This document shows, in pieces, positions 38,692 through 47,530 of a DNA stretch of 60,952 nucleotides; position 1 is the stretch's first letter; the number at the start of each line of letters is the position of its first letter. The stretch covers positions 1 to 60,952 of the forward strand of contig JBJKZN010000027.1 of assembly GCA_045560315.1 (NCBI GenBank), in the 5' to 3' direction. The position numbers and the translations under genes were made by a program. This DNA comes from Fidelibacterota bacterium (GTDB lineage Bacteria > Fidelibacterota > Marinisomatia > Marinisomatales > Marinisomataceae). The notes beneath the pieces are model-generated. The model was not told where the DNA came from, ran no database searches, and saw nothing but the letters and a program-made list of their open reading frames with translations.

Positions 38692-39804
38692 ATGAAAATT
38701 GGTGTATTAAGAGAAAGAAAAGCTGGTGAAAAGAGAGTAGCAATTATACCCTCTACAGTTTCAGCGCTTACAAAAAAGGGCTATTCTTTTGTCATACAAA
38801 AAAATGCTGGTCAAGCATCAAATTACTCAGATAATCTATACATTGATGCTGGAGCAACCATTGGTGAGTCTCAAGATGTATTTAACTGTGATATTGTGGT
38901 AAAAGTAAGTACTCCTTCTACCGATGAAATCTCATCATTAAATAGCACAACTCTTCTTATTTCATTATTTCAAACAATTAAAGAAATTGATTTGGTAAAG
39001 CAATTAAAATGTTCTGCCTTCTCTTTAAATCTCTTACCAAGAACAACTTTAGCTCAAAAAATGGATATCTTAAGTTCTCAGGCGAATATTGCTGGCTATA
39101 AAGCTGTCTTAATTGGAGCAGATCATATTGGTAAATATATGCCACTATTAATGACTGCAGCAGGAACAATATCTCCTTCAAGAACTCTTGTTATTGGAGC
39201 TGGTGTTGCTGGTTTACAAGCTATTGCAACAGCCAAAAGATTGGGGGCTCAAGTAGAAGCATTTGATGTAAGACCTGAAGTAAAAGAACAGGTAGAAAGT
39301 TTAGGTGCTAAGTTTATAGAAGTAGAAAGTGATAGCGATGATGGAGTTGGAGATGGCGGGTATGCAAAAGAAACAAGTGAAGCATACAAACAAAAACAGC
39401 AAGAGCTGATGAAAGAAAGAATTTCTAAATCTGACTTAGTCATTACGACTGCATTAATTCCAAATAGACCTGCACCGGTATTGATTCCAGCAAATATGGT
39501 AGAATCTATGATGCCCGGATCTGTTATTATGGATTTAGCATCTGAAAATGGTGGAAATTGTGAATTAACTAACGCTGATGAAGTAGTTAATCATAATGGG
39601 GTATTAATTGATGGAAATACAAATCTTCCAAGCACCATGGCTACACACGCTAGTCAGCTTTTTTCAAAAAATGTCGAGGCAATAATTGATCATTGTCATA
39701 CCGAAGAAGGATTTCAATTGGACAAAGAAGATGAAATTATTGATGGAATGCTCTTTATTGAAAATGGTCAAGTAAGAAATCAAGCAACAAAAGAGGCTAT
39801 GTAA
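38692..39804 (+). CDS. pntAA: NAD(P) transhydrogenase subunit alpha part 1 (dI)
   Basis: 370 aa with an alanine-dehydrogenase/PNT fold and GAGVAGLQAIATAKRLGA. Confidence 0.9.
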   Translation: MKIGVLRERKAGEKRVAIIPSTVSALTKKGYSFVIQKNAGQASNYSDNLYIDAGATIGESQDVFNCDIVVKVSTPSTDEISSLNSTTLLISLFQTIKEIDLVKQLKCSAFSLNLLPRTTLAQKMDILSSQANIAGYKAVLIGADHIGKYMPLLMTAAGTISPSRTLVIGAGVAGLQAIATAKRLGAQVEAFDVRPEVKEQVESLGAKFIEVESDSDDGVGDGGYAKETSEAYKQKQQELMKERISKSDLVITTALIPNRPAPVLIPANMVESMMPGSVIMDLASENGGNCELTNADEVVNHNGVLIDGNTNLPSTMATHASQLFSKNVEAIIDHCHTEEGFQLDKEDEIIDGMLFIENGQVRNQATKEAM

Positions 39805-40073
39805 TGGATATTAGTTTAATAACGATATTTATTTTAGCGGTTTTTGTAGGTAATGAAATTATTAACAAAGTACCTCCTACTCTTCATACGCCTTTAATGT
39901 CTGGTTCAAATGCTATATCGGGTATTGCAATTGTTGGGGCTTTATTAGCAATTAGTACTGATGGAGAAATTAGTACCTATCTTGGATTAGCTGCATTGAT
40001 TTGTGCAACAATTAATGTTGTAGGTGGATTTTTAGTAACTGACAGAATGTTAAAAATGTTTAAGAAAAAATGA
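39804..40073 (+). CDS. pntAB: NAD(P) transhydrogenase subunit alpha part 2 (membrane)
   Basis: 89 aa with 3 TM helices and HTPLMSGSNAISGI. Its start overlaps the pntAA stop. Confidence 0.9.
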   Translation: MDISLITIFILAVFVGNEIINKVPPTLHTPLMSGSNAISGIAIVGALLAISTDGEISTYLGLAALICATINVVGGFLVTDRMLKMFKKK

Positions 40074-41440
40074 ATTTATTTTATCTCATATCAGCCGTTT
40101 GTTTTATCCTAGGATTAAAACGTTTATCGCATCCAAAAACTGCGAGAAGCGGAAACTTCCTAGCTGCTCTTGGAATGCTTATTGCTATTGCTGCAACACT
40201 GGCATCTTCTAATGTGTTAGATTTAAAATTAATTGCAATTGGAGTTGGAGTTGGATCTGTCGTTGGTTTATTATTTGCAACTAGAGTTCAAATGACAGAA
40301 ATGCCTCAGATGGTTGCTATCTTTAATGGTTTAGGTGGAGCTGCATCTGGTCTTGTTGCTTCTTCTGAATTTTTATCTAATCCAGATAGTCCATATTTTA
40401 TTGTTTGTTTAAGTGTATTTATCGGATCATTAACTTTTACTGGAAGTTTTATTGCTTTTGGTAAATTGCAAGGTCTAATATCTGGAAAAGCTATTACCTT
40501 TAAAGGGCAACAAGCTTTAAATGCTATGTTAGCTCTAGGAGCATTATTATTAATTATTTCTCCTAATCTGATTTTTGATTCAAGTATATATGCTGGATAT
40601 CTTCCTGCATTCTTTGGAGTTATTATCTTAGCACTTCTTTTGGGAATAGGTTTAACAATCCCAATTGGTGGAGCAGATATGCCTGTTGTGATTTCATTGC
40701 TTAATTCATACTCTGGAATCGCTGCTGCTGCAACTGGTTTCTTGATTAATAATCAGGCATTGATTATCAGTGGATCACTTGTAGGAGCATCAGGATTAAT
40801 TCTTACAAATATTATGTGTAAGGGTATGAATAGATCCTTGGCTAATGTGATATTTGGAGCTGTTGGAGCTGAATCATCTAGCGATGGAAGCTCTGATGGA
40901 AAAGAAATGAATATTAAAAGTTATTCCACTACTGAAGCAGCAATGATTTTAGATTCTGCTGAAAAAATTATTATCGTTCCAGGTTATGGTCTGGCTGTAG
41001 CACAAGCTCAGCATGTTGCTCGCGAAGTAGCTGAATCACTCGAAGCGATGGGTAAGACCGTTCTTTATGCTATTCACCCTGTTGCTGGTAGAATGCCAGG
41101 ACATATGAATGTATTATTAGCTGAAGCAAATGTTTCTTATGATGTACTTAAAGATTTAGATGAAATTAATCCTGAATTTGAAGATTGTGATGTTGCACTG
41201 ATTCTTGGAGCAAATGATGTTGTAAATCCTGCAGCAAGACATGATCAATCAAGCCCTATCTATGGTATGCCAATCCTAAATGTCGATAAATCACGTACTG
41301 TGATTATCAATAAAAGAAGTATGAACCCAGGATTTGCAGGAGTACAAAATGAATTATTTGGTTATGATAATTCTATCATGGTCTTTGGCGACGCTAAAGA
41401 TATGCTCAATGATCTTCTGAAAGAAATCAAAGAATTATAA
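40070..41440 (+). CDS. pntB: NAD(P) transhydrogenase subunit beta
   Basis: 456 aa with a membrane domain plus the dIII domain (VPGYGLAVAQAQH, HPVAGRMPGHMNVLLAEA). Confidence 0.92.
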   Translation: MNLFYLISAVCFILGLKRLSHPKTARSGNFLAALGMLIAIAATLASSNVLDLKLIAIGVGVGSVVGLLFATRVQMTEMPQMVAIFNGLGGAASGLVASSEFLSNPDSPYFIVCLSVFIGSLTFTGSFIAFGKLQGLISGKAITFKGQQALNAMLALGALLLIISPNLIFDSSIYAGYLPAFFGVIILALLLGIGLTIPIGGADMPVVISLLNSYSGIAAAATGFLINNQALIISGSLVGASGLILTNIMCKGMNRSLANVIFGAVGAESSSDGSSDGKEMNIKSYSTTEAAMILDSAEKIIIVPGYGLAVAQAQHVAREVAESLEAMGKTVLYAIHPVAGRMPGHMNVLLAEANVSYDVLKDLDEINPEFEDCDVALILGANDVVNPAARHDQSSPIYGMPILNVDKSRTVIINKRSMNPGFAGVQNELFGYDNSIMVFGDAKDMLNDLLKEIKEL

Positions 41441-41518
41441 TGGCCATAACCACATAACTATAGTTAACAAATAATGCCTACTTGTTGAATAAAATAAATT
41501 TAAATACGAGGAAAAATA

Positions 41519-42532
41519 ATGAAATACAAGAATACACAATTACTTTTAGATAAAAGACCAAAAGGAATGCCAGAAGATGATTGCTGGAAAATCAATAATG
41601 AAATGATAACATCTCTAGAGGATAATGAAATTCTCATTGAAGTTAAGTACCTATCAATTGATCCATACATGAGAGGTCGAATGAATGATGGCTCTTCATA
41701 TGCTGAACCAGCTAAAATTGGAGAACCTATGACAGGTGAAACTGTCGGTGTTGTTGTTGAAACTAATTCTAACTTATATGCGATTGGTGATAAAGTATGT
41801 GCTCATAAAGGTTGGCAAACATATATAAAAGCAAAAGATACTGATCCTGCTTTATTTAAAGTACCTGAATCTAATATACCGTTATCTACTTATTTAGGAA
41901 CAGTAGGAATGCCTGGAAGGACTGCTTACTTTGGTCTAAATAGAGTTGGAAAACCTCAGCCTGGAGAGACTTTAGTTGTTTCAGCTGCATCAGGAGCCGT
42001 GGGAACTGTTGTTGGGCAACTTGCAAAGTCTTATGGATGTCATGTAGTTGGCATAGCCGGTGGTCCAGAAAAGTGTTCTTATGTAAAAGATATTTTGAAG
42101 TTTGATGAATGTGTTGATTATAAGGCAGGTAATTTAGAGGAAGATCTTAAAAATGCTTGTGAAAAAGGCATAGACATTTATTTTGAAAATGTTGGTGGAG
42201 CAGTAACTAGAGCGGTTGCCCCTCTTCTAAATGAAGGAGCAAGGGTTCCAATTTGTGGATTTATATCTCAATATAATGCGGAAGATATGTCTAAAATGGA
42301 AACACCATTTCATGTTTTAGGTGCACTTGATCCCAAGCCTGAACATAGATTCTTTGTTGTAACAGAATGGATGAGTGAATGGGGAAAAGCAACCAATGAA
42401 ATATCTAAATTGATTTTAGAAGAAAAGTTATTTTATAAAGAAACTATTACAAAAGGTTTTCAAAATGCTCCCCAAGCTTTAAGAGATGTTTTGACAGGTA
42501 AAAATTTTGGAAAACAACTCATAGAAATTTAA
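41519..42532 (+). CDS. NADP-dependent oxidoreductase, MDR superfamily (YncB/CurA/PTGR1-like)
   Basis: 337 aa with VSAASGAVGTVVGQLAK and an end pattern ..LTGKNFGKQLI typical of the leukotriene-B4-dehydrogenase-like clade. Confidence 0.85.
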   Translation: MKYKNTQLLLDKRPKGMPEDDCWKINNEMITSLEDNEILIEVKYLSIDPYMRGRMNDGSSYAEPAKIGEPMTGETVGVVVETNSNLYAIGDKVCAHKGWQTYIKAKDTDPALFKVPESNIPLSTYLGTVGMPGRTAYFGLNRVGKPQPGETLVVSAASGAVGTVVGQLAKSYGCHVVGIAGGPEKCSYVKDILKFDECVDYKAGNLEEDLKNACEKGIDIYFENVGGAVTRAVAPLLNEGARVPICGFISQYNAEDMSKMETPFHVLGALDPKPEHRFFVVTEWMSEWGKATNEISKLILEEKLFYKETITKGFQNAPQALRDVLTGKNFGKQLIEI

Positions 42533-42577
42533 ACAAGTCTATACGAATCTTTCCAATCATCTACTTAATTGCTTTTG

Positions 42578-42612
42578 AAAAATACTCTGATTATTTCAGG
42601 GTATTTTTTTAT
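42578..42612 (+). terminator. Rho-independent terminator after the oxidoreductase gene
   Basis: The stem 42580-42589 AAATACTCTG pairs with 42597-42606 CAGGGTATTT (10 bp, one G.U). The loop is ATTATTT and the tail is TTTTATATATT. Confidence 0.75.
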
Positions 42613-42624
42613 ATATTATAATCT

Positions 42625-43116
42625 ATGTCATTACCTAGCCTATATGAACTTGCAGATGAGTTTAAAGAAGCTTTAGAAAGTCTAACAGATCTTGATGACC
42701 AGTCTGTAAAAGATACCTTAGAATCTCTTGAAGGAGAATTCAAACTTAAAACCACTAATGTGGCAAAATATATTAAGAATCTAGAGCATGCAGCTGAAGG
42801 CATCAAAGAGGTAGAGTCTAGACAACATAAAAGAAGGACTTCTATTGAAGCTAAGATAAAGCACTTGAAAGAATATCTGAGATATAACCTAGAAAAAACT
42901 AATACCGAAAAAGTTGAAAGTGCTGAAATCAGTATTACTATTCAGAAAAATCCACACAAAGTTGTCATTACTGATGAAAATATAATCCCAAGTGATTTTC
43001 TTGAAACGAAAGAAGTTCAGTCTATTGATAAGGCTAAAGTAAAAGAGGCATTAAAAAATGGAGATGAAGTCCCCGGCTGTGAATTAATTCAAGAAAAACG
43101 TGTATCAATTAAATAA
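42625..43116 (+). CDS. Siphovirus Gp157-family protein (phage-derived)
   Basis: 163 aa. The layout, from M..LYEL..EF..L.....D......DTLE...GEF..K..N.AK.IKNLE through a coiled coil to ..KNP..V.I.DE..IP..F........D...VK.ALK.G.EVPG..L, matches my recollection of PF05565. Confidence 0.7.
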   Translation: MSLPSLYELADEFKEALESLTDLDDQSVKDTLESLEGEFKLKTTNVAKYIKNLEHAAEGIKEVESRQHKRRTSIEAKIKHLKEYLRYNLEKTNTEKVESAEISITIQKNPHKVVITDENIIPSDFLETKEVQSIDKAKVKEALKNGDEVPGCELIQEKRVSIK

Positions 43117-43131
43117 AGTGAATCTAAAATA

Positions 43132-43734
43132 ATGCTAATGAGAACGATCGCAAGACATAGGATGTTAATATTGAGACTATCTATGATTACATTGATAGCT
43201 ATGACTATTTATGATAATAACATCTTCGTTCCTTACAGTTTAGACGTAAGTCTTAATACATCTCTTATATTGAGCGTTCTAGGTTTTTTCCTTGTTATGC
43301 TAGGAGGATTTGGACGAATATGGGCATCACTATATATTGAAGGATTTAAAACAAAAACACTAATTAAGGAAGGTCCTTACTCGATGGTAAGAAATCCGCT
43401 ATATGTTTTTAGCTTAATGATATTTATAGGACTCTGTCTTGCAATTAAATCTATCCCTATTTCAATTGCTCTCATTACTATATTTACTTTATTTCATATC
43501 CCAACAATATTAAATGAAGAGAAGATATTGCTCAATACTCATGATAAATCTTATAGAGAGTATTATAAATCAACGCCACGATTATTTCCAAATATTCTCA
43601 AGTATAGAAAACCAAAATCTACCGATAGAATAGAGGTCAAAATTCAAAGGGTTCATAAAAGACTATGGGAAGTCATTGGTTATTTAGTATTGTTTGTAAT
43701 TATAGATGGTTACTGGATTTCCAGCTTATTATAG
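43132..43734 (+). CDS. ICMT/PEMT-family membrane methyltransferase
   Basis: 200 aa polytopic protein with TLIKEGPYSMVRNPLYVF...EE..L......Y..Y, the signature of the isoprenylcysteine carboxyl / phospholipid methyltransferase family. Confidence 0.65.
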   Translation: MLMRTIARHRMLILRLSMITLIAMTIYDNNIFVPYSLDVSLNTSLILSVLGFFLVMLGGFGRIWASLYIEGFKTKTLIKEGPYSMVRNPLYVFSLMIFIGLCLAIKSIPISIALITIFTLFHIPTILNEEKILLNTHDKSYREYYKSTPRLFPNILKYRKPKSTDRIEVKIQRVHKRLWEVIGYLVLFVIIDGYWISSLL

Positions 43735-43739
43735 AAAGA

Positions 43740-44690
43740 TTATTCTTCTTTTTCACCGTTAGGCAATAAAAGATCTACTGATTTTTTTAACTTCTTATTT
43801 CTAGTATTAGTGATTTCTTTATAGCTCTTAGTAAGTGCATCAATTTGATTTTCATGCTTCTCTAATAGAGCTTCCATCTTAGTCCATTCTACCTTGAATT
43901 GGTTAAAATTATTCTTAAAATCATCAACCTTAGTACTCAAAGTAAAATTATGAACTGATGTTTTAAGCATTTGTAACATCGCAAACAGTTCAGGTGTACC
44001 GACAAGAATTACTTTCTTTTTTAACGCATCTTCCCAAATATTATAAAACTCTTTTCTAATAAAGTTTAATACACTTTGACTCGGTACAAACATCAACACA
44101 AAATCTACACTACCTTTTGAAACATCTACATAGCCATCTTTCTGCATTTCTTTAATTCTGTCTTTTACATCTTTTTCAAAAGCTTTCTTTTCTGAGTCTT
44201 TTTCAAATTCGCTATCAGCATTAACCATATTTTTATAATGTTCTAGCGGAAATTTTGAATCAAGATTTACATATACTTGATCAGGAAAATAGAATGTATA
44301 GTCGGGTCTAGCACTACCATATGATTGTTGTGATTTCCAATGAACATTCTCTTGTAATCCAAGGTTCTCAAGGAGCTGCTCAACTCTGTATTCACCTAAA
44401 CTCCCTCTTTCTTGGGAGCTTCGAAAGATCAAATTAAACTCATTAAGGGATTTAGTGACTTCTTTCTGGCTATTTTGATAGGTTGTTTCTAATGCTGATT
44501 TTGTTTCAGATAATTTATCGCGCAATTCTTTAATATTCTTCTCTGATCCAGCAAATAATTCTCCTATGATATTAAACTGATCAGTAATTTCATTTTCATC
44601 TTGTCCTACAGATTTAAATTTCTTATCTATATAAAAAATGAGAAATATGACTACAGCAATTAAGGCAATAAGTAAATAAGTATCAATCAT
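43740..44690 (-). CDS. rmuC: DNA recombination protein RmuC (short form)
   Basis: 316 aa with an N-terminal TM helix, a coiled coil, and a nuclease-like core RPDYTFYFPDQVYVNLDSKFPLEHY...FVLMFVPS typical of RmuC. Confidence 0.75.
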   Translation of the reverse strand: MIDTYLLIALIAVVIFLIFYIDKKFKSVGQDENEITDQFNIIGELFAGSEKNIKELRDKLSETKSALETTYQNSQKEVTKSLNEFNLIFRSSQERGSLGEYRVEQLLENLGLQENVHWKSQQSYGSARPDYTFYFPDQVYVNLDSKFPLEHYKNMVNADSEFEKDSEKKAFEKDVKDRIKEMQKDGYVDVSKGSVDFVLMFVPSQSVLNFIRKEFYNIWEDALKKKVILVGTPELFAMLQMLKTSVHNFTLSTKVDDFKNNFNQFKVEWTKMEALLEKHENQIDALTKSYKEITNTRNKKLKKSVDLLLPNGEKEE

Positions 44691-45400
44691 ATTAATTCTT
44701 TTTCTCGTAACATATTTATTAGTTCTTCTTCATGATAATTTACAGGAAAAATTTCATATCTGTTTTCTTTTAAATGAAAAAGTGTCTGACTCCCAACATT
44801 TAGTCCATAATAACGTTCTAAAATATACCTATAGAATGAAAGCTGAAGTGAATAGTGATTGAAATTGCAGTCTTGCAAATGCGCCGTAGCATTTAAAATA
44901 CCTACTTTATTTTTATAGGACGTTTTATCAATGCGCTTATTGGTCTTCCAGTCTACAAGATGGTATGTATCCTGCTTTTCGTTATACACCAACACATCAA
45001 TTGTGCCAGCAATTCCTAATTCTTTTGAATAGATAATTACTTCAGAAAAAAACGTGTTATCAGGATCTTTTTGCTTTTCTTTAATCCATGAAGCACCCAC
45101 AATAGACATTTCATGTTTTGGTGCGACATTATCCTTTATAAATGATTCTAGCTCATTATGAACCACTGTTCCACGTATTGCTCCCTTACTCCATTCTTTA
45201 ATAACTTCATCTACTGTTTTACCGCTATATTTCGGATGAGTATTAATGAGTTTCTGAGCAATACCAACTTGATCAAATTTCTCAAAAAAGTGATGAATAA
45301 ATTCTGTAACACTAGAAAAGTTAAAATCAGGAGCATCTTTTAACAGATATTTATGATTTTCTTGCTCAAGAGAAATATCGTTAGTAAATAATTTATTCAT
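44687..45400 (-). CDS. RecB-like PD-(D/E)XK nuclease (phage exonuclease/Cas4-like core without the Cys cluster)
   Basis: 237 aa with GTVVHNELE, GIAGTIDVLVY (motif II Asp), HLVDWKT (D-x-K) and YSLQLSFYRY (QxxxY). Its stop overlaps the rmuC start by 4 nt. Confidence 0.6.
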   Translation of the reverse strand: MNKLFTNDISLEQENHKYLLKDAPDFNFSSVTEFIHHFFEKFDQVGIAQKLINTHPKYSGKTVDEVIKEWSKGAIRGTVVHNELESFIKDNVAPKHEMSIVGASWIKEKQKDPDNTFFSEVIIYSKELGIAGTIDVLVYNEKQDTYHLVDWKTNKRIDKTSYKNKVGILNATAHLQDCNFNHYSLQLSFYRYILERYYGLNVGSQTLFHLKENRYEIFPVNYHEEELINMLREKELI

Positions 45401-45411
45401 TATTAGATAAA

Positions 45412-45636
45412 TTATCCTTCATGTAAAACATCTTTATTGTCACTTTTTCTTAACCTATTAACCCTTCTTCTTGTAATTCTACGCTGCATGAATCCTAATG
45501 TCCAACTAATCAATAAAAGAATTGGAATCATTGCCATTTTTGGTCTATCAGAAGTAAGAGTGAAATAGAGTAATAAACTTGCTGTGAATAGCTGTATATA
45601 AAACTGGGTGGTATTAATAGCTTTAAGTTTATTCAT
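45412..45636 (-). CDS. Small 2-TM protein with Arg-rich C-terminus, unknown function
   Basis: 74 aa with two hydrophobic helices followed by RRITRRRVNRLRKSDNK. Its ATG overlaps the pepA stop (TAATG). Confidence 0.45.
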   Translation of the reverse strand: MNKLKAINTTQFYIQLFTASLLLYFTLTSDRPKMAMIPILLLISWTLGFMQRRITRRRVNRLRKSDNKDVLHEG

Positions 45637-47060
45637 TAAGCGCCAATTAAATCTAGAATCAGTCTAACTACCTGTCCTGAAGCACCATTCTTTTGGATGT
45701 AGCTTCTATTTTCTACGCCCCAAGCTGTACCAGCAACATCAAAGTGCGTCCAAGGGATATCTTTTCCTACAAATGCTTTTAAAAATGCTGCTCCTGCTAT
45801 CGTTCCAGCTTGCCCAGGTGAACCTAAATTCTTTACATCAGATATATTAGATTTTACTTGATCGCAATATTCATCCCATAAAGGTAATTCCCATACGAGT
45901 TCACCAGTATTTTCAGATGATTTCTGAATGTTTTCAATAAGCCCTTTATTATTTCCAAGTATAGCGCTTGCAATATGTCCAAATGTTACTACACAAGCAC
46001 CGGTGAGTGTCGCAAAATCAACCATAAACTCAGGATCATAATGTTTACTTGCATAAGACAGTGCATCTGCAAGAATTAATCTGCCTTCTGCATCTGTATT
46101 TAATATTTCAATTGTTTTACCATTGTATGCTGTTAAAATATCGCCAGGTAAAAAAGCAGATCCACCTAACATATTATGTGTCGATGGAACAATGGCTACA
46201 ATATTTTTCTTTGGTCTTAATTCTGCAACAGCACTCATTGTGCCAAATACGATAGCAGAACCGCACATATCAAATTTCATTTCATCCATTTTTGCGCCTG
46301 GTTTTAATGAAATTCCACCAGTATCAAATGTAAGTCCTTTACCTACTAAAACGACCGGCTTCTCATCTTTGGAGTCTGCACCAAAATATTCCATGATAAT
46401 GAATTTTGGAGGTTCATTTGTTCCTTGTGCTACGCCAGCAAAAGCTCCCATACCCATTTTTGTAAACTCTTCCCTATCAAATATTGTTACTTTCATATCA
46501 CCTTTTTTTCCTACTTCCTGCGCAAACTCAGCAAGACGTGAAGGAGTGCTTACATTCGGTGGATTATTAGCGAGATCTCGAGCTTCACATACGGCATTTG
46601 CTATAGTAGCTCCTTTTTTAGATGATTCGGTACAACATTTACCAACCATAGTAATTTTTTCGAGGTGATACTCACCTCTATTATCTGTAAAAAAGTCTAA
46701 AAAGCGATAACTCCCCAATACAAGACCTTCTGAAAACGCTTGACAAAAATAATCATCATTGTCTGATGTAGGACATTGTACTGAGATAGAAGAATATTTA
46801 TTGCTGATAATAAACGCCATGACTGTACCTGCAGCTCTTCTCAAATCTTCTGGAGTAGCATTATCAGATTTTCCTAATCCAAAATAAAGAGTTTTTTGAT
46901 CATCATTAAAGTCATAAGCAAGTTCGCCTACTTTGCCCTTCATTTGACTTTTAATTAATTCAGAATCATTTTTATCTTCATAAACACCTACTGCTAAGAC
47001 ATCGCTATTCTTAACATTGTCCATGTTTGTGTCATATTCTAATTTATTGATATGTGCCAT
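45636..47060 (-). CDS. pepA: Leucyl aminopeptidase (M17)
   Basis: 474 aa with VGKGLTFDTGGISLKP and NTDAEGRLILADAL. Confidence 0.95.
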   Translation of the reverse strand: MAHINKLEYDTNMDNVKNSDVLAVGVYEDKNDSELIKSQMKGKVGELAYDFNDDQKTLYFGLGKSDNATPEDLRRAAGTVMAFIISNKYSSISVQCPTSDNDDYFCQAFSEGLVLGSYRFLDFFTDNRGEYHLEKITMVGKCCTESSKKGATIANAVCEARDLANNPPNVSTPSRLAEFAQEVGKKGDMKVTIFDREEFTKMGMGAFAGVAQGTNEPPKFIIMEYFGADSKDEKPVVLVGKGLTFDTGGISLKPGAKMDEMKFDMCGSAIVFGTMSAVAELRPKKNIVAIVPSTHNMLGGSAFLPGDILTAYNGKTIEILNTDAEGRLILADALSYASKHYDPEFMVDFATLTGACVVTFGHIASAILGNNKGLIENIQKSSENTGELVWELPLWDEYCDQVKSNISDVKNLGSPGQAGTIAGAAFLKAFVGKDIPWTHFDVAGTAWGVENRSYIQKNGASGQVVRLILDLIGA

Positions 47061-47069
47061 TATTTATCC

Positions 47070-47465
47070 TCAATTCAAGCTTAAATTATGATTAAAAGTA
47101 ACTAGACCACCCTTTTCGTCTTTAACAACTGCAACAAAAGTGATGTTAGCTGTACACGCTAACCTGTGCCCGTGATCCTTGCTCTCCGCAAAAGCCTTAA
47201 TCTCTATTTCAAGAGATGAATTTCCTGTTTTCACAACTTTGGATTCACAATTTACCCAATCTCCTAGAAAAACAGGTTCTTTAAATTCTACTTTATCCAT
47301 TGCGCGAGTAACTACGCCCCAAGCATCTGTTTTTTTTAAAAAATCATTGGAAGCTTTTACGCCGGCAAGATCTAACCACGCCAACATAGTGCCACCAAAT
47401 AAAGTACCAGCTGTGTTAATGTGTTGCGTTTGAACTAGTTCTGAATATTTTGATATTGTATTCAC
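47070..47465 (-). CDS. Acyl-CoA thioesterase, hotdog fold (YciA-like)
   Basis: 131 aa from a GTG start, with HINTAGTLFGGTMLAWLDLAG typical of the YciA/ACOT clade. Confidence 0.75.
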   Translation of the reverse strand: MNTISKYSELVQTQHINTAGTLFGGTMLAWLDLAGVKASNDFLKKTDAWGVVTRAMDKVEFKEPVFLGDWVNCESKVVKTGNSSLEIEIKAFAESKDHGHRLACTANITFVAVVKDEKGGLVTFNHNLSLN

Positions 47466-47530
47466 GATGCTAATTTAAAAAGATTTTTATCGTTAGGTAT
47501 TAGTTATTTATAGAAAGTTGTTAAAAAATA

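Noticed and set aside
41464-41488. A weak hairpin after pntB: TTAACAA, an 11-nt loop, then TTGTTGA.
   Set aside because: The stem is 7 bp, almost all A-T with one wobble, the loop is large and no U-tract follows. This is not enough to call a terminator.
42617-42622. A TATAAT hexamer 2 nt upstream of the Gp157-like ATG, considered as a possible leaderless promoter.
   Set aside because: With only 2 nt of spacing the transcription start would fall inside the ORF. TATAAT also occurs frequently by chance in this AT-rich DNA.
46231-46245. A sigma-54-like element on the minus strand, TGGCAC-AATGA-GTGC (GG-N10-GC spacing). It is noted because a sigma-54 activator is encoded in the window.
   Set aside because: It lies in the middle of the pepA coding sequence and the -12 box is GTGC, not TTGC. 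A single match of this quality is expected by chance in about 120 kb of two-strand sequence.
46123-46668. A 181-aa ORF on the plus strand antisense to pepA. It is remarkably long for an AT-rich genome.
   Set aside because: It lies entirely inside the strongly supported M17 aminopeptidase gene. Its product is low-complexity (Pro/Ser/Ala/Ile-rich) with no recognisable motif. Open antisense frames are a known by-product of codon structure in conserved genes.
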